Shown piece after piece: positions 1 through 10,127 of a stretch of DNA of 64,000 bases; position 1 is the stretch's first letter, and each line of letters opens with the position of its first letter. A model generated the notes under the pieces. The model had not been told where the DNA came from, ran no database searches, and saw only the letters and a program-made list of their open reading frames with translations. Source of the DNA: an uncultured Verrucomicrobiae bacterium (GTDB taxonomy: Bacteria; Verrucomicrobiota; Verrucomicrobiia; Opitutales; JABDGR01); contig CAVXVB010000009.1 of NCBI GenBank assembly GCA_963765205.1, positions 960,001-1,024,000 of the forward strand. The letters are read 5' to 3'. Made by a program: the position numbers and the translations under genes.

Positions 1-93
1 ACCGGCATGACCGTCCGCGTCCCCCTTTTCGTCAAAACCGGCGACATTATTAAAGTCAGCACGGAGGACGGAAGTTATTTGGGAAGGGCGTGA
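1..93 (+). CDS. efp: Elongation factor P, C-terminal end (partial)
   Basis: Frame 1 reads [30 protein letters not shown], matching the EF-P C-terminal signature (TG..V.VPLFV..GD.I.V.T..G.Y..R). Confidence 0.9.
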   Translation, partial: TGMTVRVPLFVKTGDIIKVSTEDGSYLGRA

Positions 94-189
94 ACAGGCT
101 TTCCGTCCTGAGTGGGAAATGGGCAACACAACCTGACCCATTTTTGCCCATAAAATTAGACGGAAGTATGTAGATAACGCAAATGGGTT

Positions 190-711
190 CTAGTTCGCCC
201 CTTTTTTTGACAACTTTTCAGCCTTAATATGCTCCGCAAAAGCCAACATATCATCTGGCAAAATCTTTTCGTCTAACCTACCTATCGGCGATGCCGCATA
301 AACAGCATACATCGCCTGAATCATAAAACCCGAAAGCATCCCTTGACCCTTACCAATAACCGTCCCGGCAGACCCTTTATTCAACTCCCGCTTATTTACC
401 ATAAAAAAATTGAAAGCAGCCAAGACCCTCCTGGGGCTTTCTGTATGATACAATGACGACTTGCACCTCTCCTGAAAATACAAAGCCGCTCGTTCAGCAA
501 ATTCGTCTGGCATGGCGTGCTCTACCATTTTCAATAAGGCCGCAAAATCGGCCTCAAAATCTTTCAGTGGATAACGCTGCATTGCAGCGGCTAAGTCGGT
601 TTGTGGAGCATTCATGCGCTGGGAGGCTGGACATCTCACCCTATGGGCATCTGGGAGGCAATGCCGATTTGTGCGCCAAATTGTCCCGGCCTTATCGCAT
701 CCACAAGCCAA
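190..711 (-). CDS. Hypothetical passenger protein of the IS1595 element (start may be further downstream)
   Basis: 173-aa ORF, AT-richer than the host, ending just inside the left IR. Confidence 0.55.
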   Translation of the reverse strand: MACGCDKAGTIWRTNRHCLPDAHRVRCPASQRMNAPQTDLAAAMQRYPLKDFEADFAALLKMVEHAMPDEFAERAALYFQERCKSSLYHTESPRRVLAAFNFFMVNKRELNKGSAGTVIGKGQGMLSGFMIQAMYAVYAASPIGRLDEKILPDDMLAFAEHIKAEKLSKKGAN

Positions 712-775
712 AAAAATTGAAAAATCTTCATTCTAGCCCTTGACAAAAGCCTTTGCGTCAAGTATCATGTTGATA

Positions 776-1729
776 ATGAAAACAAGCAACTATCACCCGG
801 AGTTAGAACGCACGCCCCTTGTGGGGGATTTGCTGCCCAAGGCTTGCGCTGATGAGACGGCAGCGGTCGAGCTAATGGAGGCGCAACGCTGGGGCGCAAC
901 CCCACGCTGCCCGCATTGCGAGGACAAGAACGTCTATAAGATGACGAACCGTGACGGCACGCGCAACCGCCGCTATCTGTGGCGCTGCCGGGCTTGCGGC
1001 GAGCAATACACCGTTCGCATCGGCTCTGTTTATGAGGATTCCCGCCTGCCCCTGAAACACTGGTGCTTTGCCTTCTGGCGTATCTGTGCGTCAAAGAAGG
1101 GCGTCAGCGCCCGCGAGATTCAACGGCATTGCCAGATTAGCTATAAGTCCGCCCTTTTCCTCATGCACCGCATACGGTTCGCCATGACGCCGGAATCCGC
1201 GCCCTTGCTAAAGGGCAAAGTCGAGTGCGACGAAACCTACATCGGCGGCAGGCCCCGCGCTGGCACTGGTTATCACAAGCGCGGGCGCGGCACAAGCAAG
1301 ACCCCGGTGTTTGCCATGGTTGAACGCGACGGCAACATTCACCGCCGGGTTGTGGCCGACGTGACGGGGCGCACGCTCAAAAGCGCAATCCGCCAGTGTG
1401 TCGAGCAGAAGTCCAAGATTATCACGGATGAATTTCCGAGCTATCGCGGCATCGGCAAGAGCTTCACAGGCGGACACGCCACGGTAAACCACGGTGAGGG
1501 TGAATATGTCCGGGGCGATGCCAACACCAACACGGCGGAATCCTCGTTCGCTATTTTGAAGCGTGGCATTACGGGCATCTACCATGCCGTCAGCAAAGAG
1601 CATCTTCACCGCTATGTTTCCGAGTTTGATTTCCGCTGGAATACGCGCAAGATGAGTGACGGCCAACGCACCGCCCTTGCGATGCAGAGCGCGGAAGGCA
1701 AGCGGCTAACTTACGAAAGGGTGGCATAA
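776..1729 (+). CDS. IS1595-family transposase
   Basis: Zn finger CPHC...WRCRAC, HTH region, and the motifs VECDETYIGG, ITDEFPSY, NTNTAESSFAILKRG and HLHRYVSEFDFRWN. Confidence 0.95.
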   Translation: MKTSNYHPELERTPLVGDLLPKACADETAAVELMEAQRWGATPRCPHCEDKNVYKMTNRDGTRNRRYLWRCRACGEQYTVRIGSVYEDSRLPLKHWCFAFWRICASKKGVSAREIQRHCQISYKSALFLMHRIRFAMTPESAPLLKGKVECDETYIGGRPRAGTGYHKRGRGTSKTPVFAMVERDGNIHRRVVADVTGRTLKSAIRQCVEQKSKIITDEFPSYRGIGKSFTGGHATVNHGEGEYVRGDANTNTAESSFAILKRGITGIYHAVSKEHLHRYVSEFDFRWNTRKMSDGQRTALAMQSAEGKRLTYERVA

Positions 1730-1832
1730 ATGACCCCGGAAATTCACGATGAAATCCGGCAACTTTGGACAGGTCTAATCCTTAACGGGTTCGTCAATCT
1801 CCTGCTTTGGGTTTGGATAAGCCGATTGATGA

Positions 1833-2276
1833 CTAAGATGCGTGCATTGCAATCTGCCATAACAGCACCGCGGGGGCAACGATAGCCGCAATCCATTTAA
1901 TTGCCCTTTCCAATGTCCAAACATTATCAGCCTTTATCTTTTCCGCAGCAGCGAATTTTTCCGTCTGAATTTGCCGCTTCATTTCCAACAAAGCTATATA
2001 TCCCCTTTCACTCGGCCAACCATGAAAATCCTTCATGTCTTGGGTTAAGTTACCATCAATCAAATGATGCACTTTCATAAAGTTCACGGCGGGGTCAATT
2101 TGCTCGCCTTTCAGACTATATTTCTCCATCACTTCACCCAAAATCACACTTAACAACTTACGCTTTAGCTTATCCGGTTCGCGGTATCCTTCGGCCTCTA
2201 ACGCCTCAAGAATCCTAAATGCAATTTCGTCGGTTTCCATGCGCCAATTCTTTATGAAAAACCCGCCATCTTCCAC
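1833..2276 (-). CDS. Hypothetical passenger protein with a C-terminal transmembrane segment
   Basis: 147-aa AT-rich ORF inside the IS, ending in hydrophobic WIAAIVAPAVLLWQIA. Confidence 0.55.
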   Translation of the reverse strand: MEDGGFFIKNWRMETDEIAFRILEALEAEGYREPDKLKRKLLSVILGEVMEKYSLKGEQIDPAVNFMKVHHLIDGNLTQDMKDFHGWPSERGYIALLEMKRQIQTEKFAAAEKIKADNVWTLERAIKWIAAIVAPAVLLWQIAMHAS

Positions 2277-2867
2277 AACCCCTAAAACCGCGCCGCAAAC
2301 GGTTCATAAGCTATCGTCCGGGCCTAAGCCGGAGACGATGAAGCTCAATATGCCTTGGCAACAGGCCATCAAACAGTCTTTCGACAAGCCCAGACCGCCT
2401 GGAGGCTGGCCGAAACCCCCCAGCAATTAACCCCTTAATTCCGGGCCATTCAGGCCCTTTCCGCTCAATTCCACCCATTTGCGTTATCTACATACTTCCG
2501 AAATTAGAAATGTTCAAAGAAACCAAAGCTGCTGACTTGCTAAATGCTTACGCTGATGCAGCGAATAAGCATGGCCTTGCTTCGACAAAGGGCGACTACA
2601 GTAATGAATTCACGCTCCAGCCAATAAGCTCTAATCCAGTGCCCGAGAAATAGGGGCTAACCCAGATTACCCACTTCGCCTTGACGCTCTGGATACGAAG
2701 AGCCTGGCCAATGGCCTGGTGACTAGATGCCCTTGGAATTTTCTTTGCGCCCTTCGCTTCTTTGCGGTGAATCGCTTTCCTCCGGCTGGCGCGCAAAATG
2801 CTTGCCCATCGGCTCCTGGCGAAAGAGATTGCGTGCGCCGCCGCCTTCGCTATAAAAAATCCCTCCC

Positions 2868-3941
2868 ATGCCCGCCACCATTGACCAAATCTCCCAAAGC
2901 CTTGGCGACAAGGCCGACTTTTTCCTCAACCACCAGTGCAAGACCATTGCCAAGGAACGGCTGCACCTGCCCGGCGGAGATGTCGTGGACCGCATTTTCG
3001 GCCCGACGAACCGCAACAACCGCGTCCTGAATAATTTTGACTGGCTGGTCAACACCGGCCGGCTCGCGGGCACGGGCTATTTGTCCATCCTGCCGGTGGA
3101 CCAGGGCATCGAGCACTCCGGCGGCGCAAGCTTTGCCAAGAACCCGGACTATTTTGACAGCGAGAACATCGTCAAGCTCGCCATCGAAGGCGGATGCAAC
3201 GCCGTGGCCTCGACCTTCGGCGTGCTGGCCTCGTGCGCGCGCAAATACGCGCACAAAATCCCCTTCCTCGTCAAGATCAACCACAACCAGATCCTCACCT
3301 ATCCGAACACCTACGACCAGGTGATGTATGGCACGGTGAAGGAAGCCTACGAGATGGGCGCGGCGGCGGTCGGCGCGACGATTTATTTCGGGTCGCCCGA
3401 GTCGAACCGCCAGATCGTCGAAGTGGCGCACGCCTTTGCCGAGGCGCATGCCTATGGCCTCGTCACCGTGCTGTGGTGCTACCTGCGCAACCCGGCCTTC
3501 AAAAAGGACAAGGACTACCACGTCTCCGCAGATTTGACCGGGCAGGCCAACCACCTGGGCGTCACCATCCAGGCGGACATCATCAAGCAGAAGCTGCCGG
3601 AAAACAACGGCGGCTACCTCGCGCTGCAAATGGGCGACTCGAGCTACGGCAAAATTGACAAGCGCGTTTACACCGAGTTGACCACCGACCACCCGATTGA
3701 CCTGTGCCGCTACCAGGTGGCGAATTGCTACATGGGCCGCGCGGGCCTCATCAATTCCGGCGGCGCCTCGGGCGCCCATGACTTCGCCGAAGCCGTCACC
3801 ACGGCCGTGATCAACAAACGCGCGGGCGGGATGGGCCTGATTTCCGGCCGCAAAGCCTTCCAGCGGCCGATGGCGGAAGGCGTGAAGTTGCTGAATGCCA
3901 TTCAGGATGTTTATCTGTGCAAGGAAGTGACGGTGGCGTAG
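2868..3941 (+). CDS. fbaB: Class I fructose-bisphosphate aldolase
   Basis: [29 protein letters not shown] (Schiff-base Lys) and [12 protein letters not shown]. Confidence 0.95.
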   Translation: MPATIDQISQSLGDKADFFLNHQCKTIAKERLHLPGGDVVDRIFGPTNRNNRVLNNFDWLVNTGRLAGTGYLSILPVDQGIEHSGGASFAKNPDYFDSENIVKLAIEGGCNAVASTFGVLASCARKYAHKIPFLVKINHNQILTYPNTYDQVMYGTVKEAYEMGAAAVGATIYFGSPESNRQIVEVAHAFAEAHAYGLVTVLWCYLRNPAFKKDKDYHVSADLTGQANHLGVTIQADIIKQKLPENNGGYLALQMGDSSYGKIDKRVYTELTTDHPIDLCRYQVANCYMGRAGLINSGGASGAHDFAEAVTTAVINKRAGGMGLISGRKAFQRPMAEGVKLLNAIQDVYLCKEVTVA

Positions 3942-3947
3942 GGTCGG

Positions 3948-4080
3948 ATTGCTGAATGCTGAATTCTGATTGCTGAATTCCGGCGGGCGGGCGCGACGGA
4001 ATTTTTCCGGCGCGGTTGCCAACCTGAAGCGGCCATCCGCCATTCGACATTCAGAAATCAGCATTCAGAAATCAGAAATT
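3948..4080. repeat. Inverted arms of degenerate heptamer repeats (TGCTGAA-type / TTCAGCA-type)
   Basis: ttgctgaatgctgaattctgattgctgaatt ... cattcagaaatcagcattcagaaatcagaaatt fills the fbaB-HAD spacer. Confidence 0.8.
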
Positions 4081-4082
4081 TC

Positions 4083-4676
4083 ATGTCCATCGTCCTCCCT
4101 CCCCCCGGCTCGTTTGCCGGCTATATCTTCGACTGCGACGGCACGCTGGCGGCTTCCATGCACCTGCATTACCGCGCCTGGAAAAAGGCCTTGGCCGACC
4201 ATGGCGCGAAAATTGACTTCACCTGGGACCTCTTCATTTCGCACGCGGGGCGCGGCACGGAGCAATTTGTTGGCCTGCTGAACACGCAGCACGGCGAGCG
4301 TCTGCACGCGGCGCAAGTCGCGCGCGCGCAGGACGCCGTCCTCGCGGAAATCCACCACACGGTCGAAGCCGTGCCCGAGGTGCTCGCCTTCGCGAAAAAA
4401 ATCAAGGCAGACGGACGGCACCTCGCCGTCGCCTCCGGCGGCACGCGCGACGCGGTGAACCGCACGCTGCATTACATCGGCGCGAGCCATCTGTTCGAGG
4501 TCGTGGTGACGATTGACGATGTCCTGCACGGCAAGCCGGCGCCCGACACGTTTCTGGAAGCCGCGCACCAGCTCGGCGTCGAGCCGGGTGAGTGCGTCGT
4601 GCTCGGCGACAGCGTGCTGGATGTCGAAGGGGCGAAAGCCGCCGGCATGGCCTGGGTGAAGCTGGAGCCGCGGTGA
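4083..4676 (+). CDS. HAD-superfamily phosphatase (beta-PGM/YqaB-like)
   Basis: IFDCDGTL motif I, GKPAPD and GDS..DVEGAKAAGM. Confidence 0.9.
   Translation: MSIVLPPPGSFAGYIFDCDGTLAASMHLHYRAWKKALADHGAKIDFTWDLFISHAGRGTEQFVGLLNTQHGERLHAAQVARAQDAVLAEIHHTVEAVPEVLAFAKKIKADGRHLAVASGGTRDAVNRTLHYIGASHLFEVVVTIDDVLHGKPAPDTFLEAAHQLGVEPGECVVLGDSVLDVEGAKAAGMAWVKLEPR
4605..4676 (+). repeat. 72-bp direct repeat, copy 1 (3' end of the HAD gene)
   Basis: Matches 5486-5557 with 8 mismatches in 72 bp. Confidence 0.9.
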
Positions 4677-4711
4677 GCACCGCGTAATCAACCCAATTTC
4701 TGCAGACTGAT

Positions 4712-4847
4712 TTACCACGGATTACACAGATAGCACGGATGTAAGAACTTGAGTGACTATTCCTGCAAAAATCCCTTAACCCGGTGGGTAAGTAATCAAA
4801 ACTCCCCATCCTTTTGGTTATCTGTGCTATCCGTTCAATCCGTGGTT
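4712..4847. repeat. REP-like inverted repeat with 9-nt periodicity
   Basis: accacggattacacagatagcacggat ... atctgtgctatccgttcaatccgtggt. Confidence 0.75.
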
Positions 4848-4944
4848 TCGATTCCAGTTTTTTGGATTAAAGTTGTCGTTTGACCTTGGTTCTCACGCAA
4901 TTTTCCGGTTCGACACTTACCGTTTTTTGCCCTAGCCTGCCCCC

Positions 4945-5181
4945 ATGTCCGCCACCCTCGATACGCTGGCCCACGACGCCCTCGTGCTGCCGCCGGATCA
5001 ACGCGTCGCACTGGCTTATCGTCTGCTGGTCAGCGTCGAACCTGACCCTGAACCCGGCGCGGACGAGGCATGGGCGGTCGAGATTGCCCGCCGCATCGAG
5101 CGCTTTGACGCAGGGGAATCACATCCAGTGCCGGCGGCGGAAGTTTTCGCCCGTCTGCGCCAAATTGCACCTGACCGATGA
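4945..5181 (+). CDS. Putative addiction-module antitoxin component
   Basis: 78 aa with AL.LP...R..LA..LL.S and AW..EI.RR......G pattern; its stop overlaps the toxin start (ATGA). Confidence 0.85.
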   Translation: MSATLDTLAHDALVLPPDQRVALAYRLLVSVEPDPEPGADEAWAVEIARRIERFDAGESHPVPAAEVFARLRQIAPDR

Positions 5182-5477
5182 GTGCGGGATTGGAGTTCCT
5201 GCCGGAGGCATCCGAAGAAGTCGAGGAGGCCACGAGATACTATGAGCAGCGCGTTCCAGGCTTGGGTATCCGCTTCCGGTCGGAGGTCGAGACCGTTTGT
5301 GCAGCCATTGTCCGGCAGCCACTACACTGGCGGAAGCGTCCCGGCGGCTTTACCCGTGTCAACCTTCCGGGATTTCCTTTCTACATCGCGTATTTCATTC
5401 GTAACGAGCGTATCCTGATCGCCGCCGTCGCTCATGCCAGCCGCCATCCAGACTATTGGAAACAGCGCGAATCCTGA
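5178..5477 (+). CDS. Type II toxin, RelE/ParE family
   Basis: EA.EE..EA..YY......LG.RF, FPFYIAY and I.AVAH.SR.P.YW..R. Confidence 0.88.
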   Translation: MSAGLEFLPEASEEVEEATRYYEQRVPGLGIRFRSEVETVCAAIVRQPLHWRKRPGGFTRVNLPGFPFYIAYFIRNERILIAAVAHASRHPDYWKQRES

Positions 5478-5485
5478 AACCAATT

Positions 5486-5557
5486 GGCGACAGCGTGCTC
5501 GACATCGAAGACGCGAAAGCCACCGCCATGGCCTGGGTGAAACTGGAGCCGCGGTGA
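5486..5557 (+). repeat. 72-bp direct repeat, copy 2 (degenerate HAD 3' end)
   Basis: Encodes GDSVLDIEDAKATAMAWVKLEPR*, versus GDSVLDVEGAKAAGMAWVKLEPR* in copy 1. Confidence 0.9.
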
Positions 5558-5619
5558 AGTGAAATGGTGTTGTCAAACTGTTGGTTTTGGGGTTGTTTAA
5601 GCGCAATCTTCTATCCGCC

Positions 5620-7194
5620 ATGAAAACCCCTTCTTCGCCCCGAATCCTGTTTGCTTCCTTTTTCGTCGCCGGCGCGGTCTTGTGCGCCACCCCGCTGCAC
5701 GCCGACGTCAAGCTTGCCAGCCCGTTCACCAGCCACATGGTCTTGCAGCGGGACATGAAGGTGCCCGTCTGGGGCACGGCGGACGTGGGCGAGGACGTGA
5801 CGATCGAATTTGCCGATCAGAAGAAAATGACCAAGGCCGGCAATGATGGCAAATGGCGCGTGGACCTGGACCCGCTGGCGGTATCGGTCGATGGGAAAAC
5901 CATGACCGTCAGCGGCTCGAAAACCGACCAGCCGCTCAAGCTCGATGACGTGTTGGTGGGCGAAGTGTGGGTCGCTTCCGGCCAGTCCAACATGGTATTT
6001 CCGATGCAAGCCAGCGGCCCGTATCGCGGTGTGCTGAACCAAGAGGGGGAAATCGCCGACGCCAATTACCCGCAGATTCGCATGTTCACCGGCCACGACA
6101 CCAAAGCTTATGAACCGCAAGCTTCGGTGCCGAATGATTCCTGGGTGGTCTGCTCCCCCGACACCGTGGGGAATTTCTCCGCCGTGGGGTATTTGTTTGC
6201 GCGCGATTTATACAAGCAATTGAAGGTGCCGGTGGGTGTGCTGACCCTGGCGAGCGGGGCAAGCACCGCCGAGGCGTGGATTTCCCGCGAGGCGATGGCT
6301 GGCGACGCGCAAATCAAGCCCTTGCTGGATGCGCTGGATGCCGCCTACACTTATTTCCACGCCGACCCCGCCAGCCGCCCAGCCAATGCGCCGATCCGCC
6401 CGACGCCCATCAACAAACCCCGCGGCGCCCCCGCGACGGGCGACCCGGTGCGCGACCAGCACATGCCCACGGTGCTGTTTAACGCGATGATCGCCCCGGT
6501 GATCCCCTATGCGATGCGTGGCGCGATTTGGTATCAGGGCGAGTCCATCGTCGGCGGCACGCCCGGACTCAACCTATACGGGCACGTTCTAAAGGTGTTG
6601 ATCACGGATTGGCGCGCGCGCTGGGGCGAGGATGATTTTCCGTTCTATGTCGTGCAGTTGCCCGGCCAGAAGAACATCAGCAACAACCCGCTGATCCGCG
6701 AACAGCAGCAGACGGTGCTCGCGCTGCCCAACACCGGGCTGGCCGTGACCATTGACCTCGGCGACCCCACCAATGTGCATCCGCAAAACAAGGCGCCGCT
6801 GGGCTACCGCCTGATGTGCATCGCCCTGGCCAACGCTTACGGCCAAAAGATCGAATACTCGGGGCCGCTGTATCAATCCATCGAAGTGAAAGGCGCCAAC
6901 ATCGTCGTCCACTTCACGCACCTCGGCGGCGGCCTGCTGGCCAAGGGCGGCCCGCTCAAAGGCTTCCAGGTCGCCGGCACGGACCAAAAATTTGCGGACG
7001 CCTCCGCTCAGATTGACGGCAACACGCTCATCGTCGGCAGCCCGGATGTGCCCGCCCCCGTCGCCGTGCGCTATGGCTGGGACGATTATCCCGAAGGCCT
7101 GGGCTGCAATCTTTACAACAGCTACGACTTCCCCGCCGCCCCCTTCCGCTCGGATACTTGGGATTACCCGATCGCGGGGATTGTGGAGAAGTGA
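5620..7194 (+). CDS. Secreted sialate O-acetylesterase (SGNH/SASA family)
   Basis: Signal peptide, HMVLQRD..VPVWG, GEVWVASGQSNM, IWYQGES and VHPQNK. Confidence 0.9.
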   Translation: MKTPSSPRILFASFFVAGAVLCATPLHADVKLASPFTSHMVLQRDMKVPVWGTADVGEDVTIEFADQKKMTKAGNDGKWRVDLDPLAVSVDGKTMTVSGSKTDQPLKLDDVLVGEVWVASGQSNMVFPMQASGPYRGVLNQEGEIADANYPQIRMFTGHDTKAYEPQASVPNDSWVVCSPDTVGNFSAVGYLFARDLYKQLKVPVGVLTLASGASTAEAWISREAMAGDAQIKPLLDALDAAYTYFHADPASRPANAPIRPTPINKPRGAPATGDPVRDQHMPTVLFNAMIAPVIPYAMRGAIWYQGESIVGGTPGLNLYGHVLKVLITDWRARWGEDDFPFYVVQLPGQKNISNNPLIREQQQTVLALPNTGLAVTIDLGDPTNVHPQNKAPLGYRLMCIALANAYGQKIEYSGPLYQSIEVKGANIVVHFTHLGGGLLAKGGPLKGFQVAGTDQKFADASAQIDGNTLIVGSPDVPAPVAVRYGWDDYPEGLGCNLYNSYDFPAAPFRSDTWDYPIAGIVEK

Positions 7195-7210
7195 AATTGA
7201 GACTGACTAA

Positions 7211-8092
7211 GAGCTTATCCGTAAATAAGGATTGCGTTGAGAAGGCGGCGGGATAAACTGCGGGGATGCCGCGACTATCCTCCTGGGAAATCTCTGATGA
7301 ATTCTGGGCCAAAGTCGAGCCTTTGGTTCCCGCGCGCGCCGGCCGGAAGGCGGGCGGGCGCTACCGTCGCGCCGCAGGCGCGGGCCGCAAGGCCCTCGCG
7401 CCTCGACGCATCTTCGAGGCGGTGGTTTACGTGCTGCGCACGGGTTGCCAGTGGAAAGCGCTGTCCAAGGCCCGGTATGGCAGCGCCAGTTCCGTGCACA
7501 AATACTTTCAGCAGTGGCACGCCGCCGGATTCTTCGAGGCGTTGTGGCGGGCCGGTCTGGCCGACTACGATGAATTGGAGGGCATCGCGTGGCGGTGGCA
7601 AAGCATCGATGGCTCCCTGGTCAAGGCCCCTCTGGCGCGCGAAGCGGTGGGAGCCAACCCCACCGACCGGGGAAAAAAATGGGAGCAAGCGCAGCGTGCT
7701 GGTGGACGCCCGTGGCGTCCCGCTGTCGCTCATCGTCGCCGGGGCCAATGAACACGACGTGACGCTGGTGCGCCGCACGTTGCGCCAGCGCCACGACCGG
7801 CGCACGGCCCATTTGTGTGCCGACAAGGGTTACTGGGGGAAACCGGGCCTGCGCACCATGCGCCAATACGGCTACCGTCCGCATGTGCCTGCCCGCGGAG
7901 CCAAACCAGCCCCGCGCCGATCCACCGGCCAAGCCCGTCGCTGGGTGGTGGAACGCACCGCTTCCTGGCTCAACCGCTACCGCAAACTCCTCGTGCGGTT
8001 TGAGAAAACCGCCGCCTCCCACGAAGCCTTGCTCTGTCTCGCCAGCGCGCTTATTGTTTACAGACGAACAACTTTTATTTACGGATAAGCTC
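7211..8092 (+). mobile_element. IS5-family insertion sequence (882 bp)
   Basis: 18-bp perfect IRs GAGCTTATCCGTAAATAA (7211-7228 and 8075-8092), TAA target duplication on both sides, split IS5 transposase. Confidence 0.93.
7266..8088 (+). CDS. IS5-family transposase in two frames, joined at GGGGAAAAAAA (7669-7679)
   Basis: OrfA has ISDEFW...YVLRTGCQWKAL...SIDGS; OrfB has KRSVLVDARGVPL...ADKGY...RWVVERT.SWL..YRKL. Confidence 0.88.
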
Positions 8093-8102
8093 TAAAGACT
8101 AA

Positions 8103-8350
8103 CTACTTCGGTTTATTCTTAGTAGCAGCAGAACGGACTGCATCAATAACTTTATCAACGCCCACCGTAGTAAATGAAGCCGTGATGGGGCTTTCATCAT
8201 ACGGAGTTATCTGAATTAAGAAGCTATCAACTTTGTTCAAATGTGTGATAAAGGTTTGTGCATCGCTTTTGACAAACGCCGCTTCATGATCTGTAGATAA
8301 AGAAAAAACTTGGGTTTGCGCGCGGCGAACCTCTCTGCGGGTAAGCCGGA
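8103..8350 (-). pseudogene. C-terminal remnant resembling VasI/TagO-like proteins
   Basis: LSTDHEAAF...FI..L......IQITPYDESPITASF...G...VI..VR; no proper N-terminus; family recalled from the motif only. Confidence 0.4.
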
Positions 8351-8354
8351 CTGA

Positions 8355-8681
8355 CTCTATTACATTGCAACCGATGATCCCGAAATTAACATTTCCCGAG
8401 TCCGCAACCGGGTGATGGCCCAAGGTGGCCATTCGGTGCCTGAAGACAAAATTGTGAGTCGCTATAAACGCTCGCTCGACCTTTTGATGGGAGCCATCCG
8501 GCATACTGACCGCGCCTACATATTCGACAATTCTGTCCATAATCAGGCAGACACCTGGCTGGCCGAGATTACCGATGGGCGGGTCCTGGAAATGAAAACC
8601 GACCAGATGCCGGCGTGGTTCAAACGGGCGGTATGGGACAAGAAAACACCTTCCCCAGAACGACTGGGCGTGGAAGATTGA
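8355..8681 (+). pseudogene. C-terminal remnant of a zeta-toxin-like/predicted ABC-type ATPase
   Basis: YYIATDDPEINISRVRNRVMAQGGHSVPEDKIVSRYKRSL...IFDNS; the P-loop half is missing and there is an in-frame stop at 8352-8354. Confidence 0.7.
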
Positions 8682-8849
8682 GTGACCTACCGATCAAATC
8701 AACTCGTGGGGACACCGCTCCGTTCCGATTCGAGGTTTGATTTATATGTAAATTTAGCACATTTTTGGCTGTGCAAAGAAACTAACGGTGGTGAAAATGA
8801 GTCATACTCCCTGTTGATCATCGAAAACCGATCCTTGCGCCTTTGATTT

Positions 8850-10127
8850 ATGAATTCAGATGCCTCTGACCGCCCCAATCCCAGCCCAACTGCCGCCCCG
8901 CCCGCGGCCCCCACTCCTGTTTTGCCCACGAAAGCGAACACGCCTGAAGTAAAAGGCGGCTCGCGGGGTTGGGGGTGGTTGATTATCCTCCTTTGCGTCA
9001 TTCTCGGCGGGATGGCGGCTTATTTCTTTTTTGGGCAGTCGAGCGGCAGCCCGGCCAAAGCGGCCCCCGCCGCGAAAGGAGTGCCGGTGACGGTCATCGC
9101 CGCCAAGACCGGGGATATGCCGGTTTACCTTTACGGCCTGGGGTCGGTCACGGCGCTGAACACCGTCACGGTACAGGCGCGGGTGAGCGGCCAATTGGTG
9201 AAGGTGGCTTACCAGGAAGGGCAGGAAGTACATCAAGGCGATTTGTTGTGTGAAATTGACCCGCAGCCTTTTCAGGTGCAACTGACCCAGGATGAAGGCA
9301 TGTTGGACCGCGACCAGTCCCTGCTCGAAAACGCCCAGGTGGAGTTGGACCGCTATGTGCAGGCCAAAGAGGCCATCCCGCAGCAGACCATTGACACCCA
9401 AAAGGCGCTGGTTTTGCAGTATCAGGGAGATGTCAAAACCGATCAGGGGCAGGTGGACGCCGCCAAACTGAATCTGTCCTACTGTGAAATCACCGCGCCC
9501 ATCAATGGCCGCGTGGGCCTACGGTTGGTGGACGCGGGCAACCAGATCAGTGCCAACACCAGCCTGGTCGTCATCACGCAGTTGCAGCCGATCACGGTGA
9601 TTTTCAGCCTACCCGAGGACGACATCCCCGAGGTGCAGGCCAAATTACAGGCGAACCAGACTTTGACCACGGCGGCCTTCGACCACGCGCTGTCAAAAAA
9701 ACTGGCCGACGGCACTTTGCTGGCGTTGACCAACCAAGTTGATCCCACCTCCGGCACTTTCCAATTGAAGGCCGTTTTCCCGAATGAGAATGAATCGTTG
9801 TTTCCCAGCCAGTTTGTCAACGTGCGGCTGCTGCTGGATACGCAGGCCAACGTGGTGATCGTCCCCACGGCGGCCGTGCAAATCGGACCTCAAAACTCCT
9901 TTGTTTATGTGGTCAAGGCCGACAACACCATCGAGCAGCGCACGGTCAAGGAGGGCCACGTCGAAGGCGACCAGGAGGTCATCGCGAGCGGCCTGGCCGC
10001 CGGGGAGTTGGTGGTGACCAACGGCTTTGACAAGCTGGAACCGGGCGTCGCAGTGACCGTCTCGAAACCCGACGCCAAAGCCGGCGCCAAGCCTGCTGCA
10101 ACTTCCAACCCGACGCCCGGCGCATGA
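8850..10127 (+). CDS. mdtA: RND efflux periplasmic adaptor subunit
   Basis: N-terminal [22 protein letters not shown] and [18 protein letters not shown]. Confidence 0.9.
   Translation: MNSDASDRPNPSPTAAPPAAPTPVLPTKANTPEVKGGSRGWGWLIILLCVILGGMAAYFFFGQSSGSPAKAAPAAKGVPVTVIAAKTGDMPVYLYGLGSVTALNTVTVQARVSGQLVKVAYQEGQEVHQGDLLCEIDPQPFQVQLTQDEGMLDRDQSLLENAQVELDRYVQAKEAIPQQTIDTQKALVLQYQGDVKTDQGQVDAAKLNLSYCEITAPINGRVGLRLVDAGNQISANTSLVVITQLQPITVIFSLPEDDIPEVQAKLQANQTLTTAAFDHALSKKLADGTLLALTNQVDPTSGTFQLKAVFPNENESLFPSQFVNVRLLLDTQANVVIVPTAAVQIGPQNSFVYVVKADNTIEQRTVKEGHVEGDQEVIASGLAAGELVVTNGFDKLEPGVAVTVSKPDAKAGAKPAATSNPTPGA

Larger units (their letters stand above)
161..2500 (+). mobile_element. IS1595-family insertion sequence carrying passenger genes (2340 bp)
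   Basis: Perfect 28-bp terminal IRs (161-188 CGGAAGTATGTAGATAACGCAAATGGGT and its reverse complement at 2473-2500); 8-bp TSD AAATTAGA at 153-160 and 2501-2508; IS1595-type transposase inside. Confidence 0.95.
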
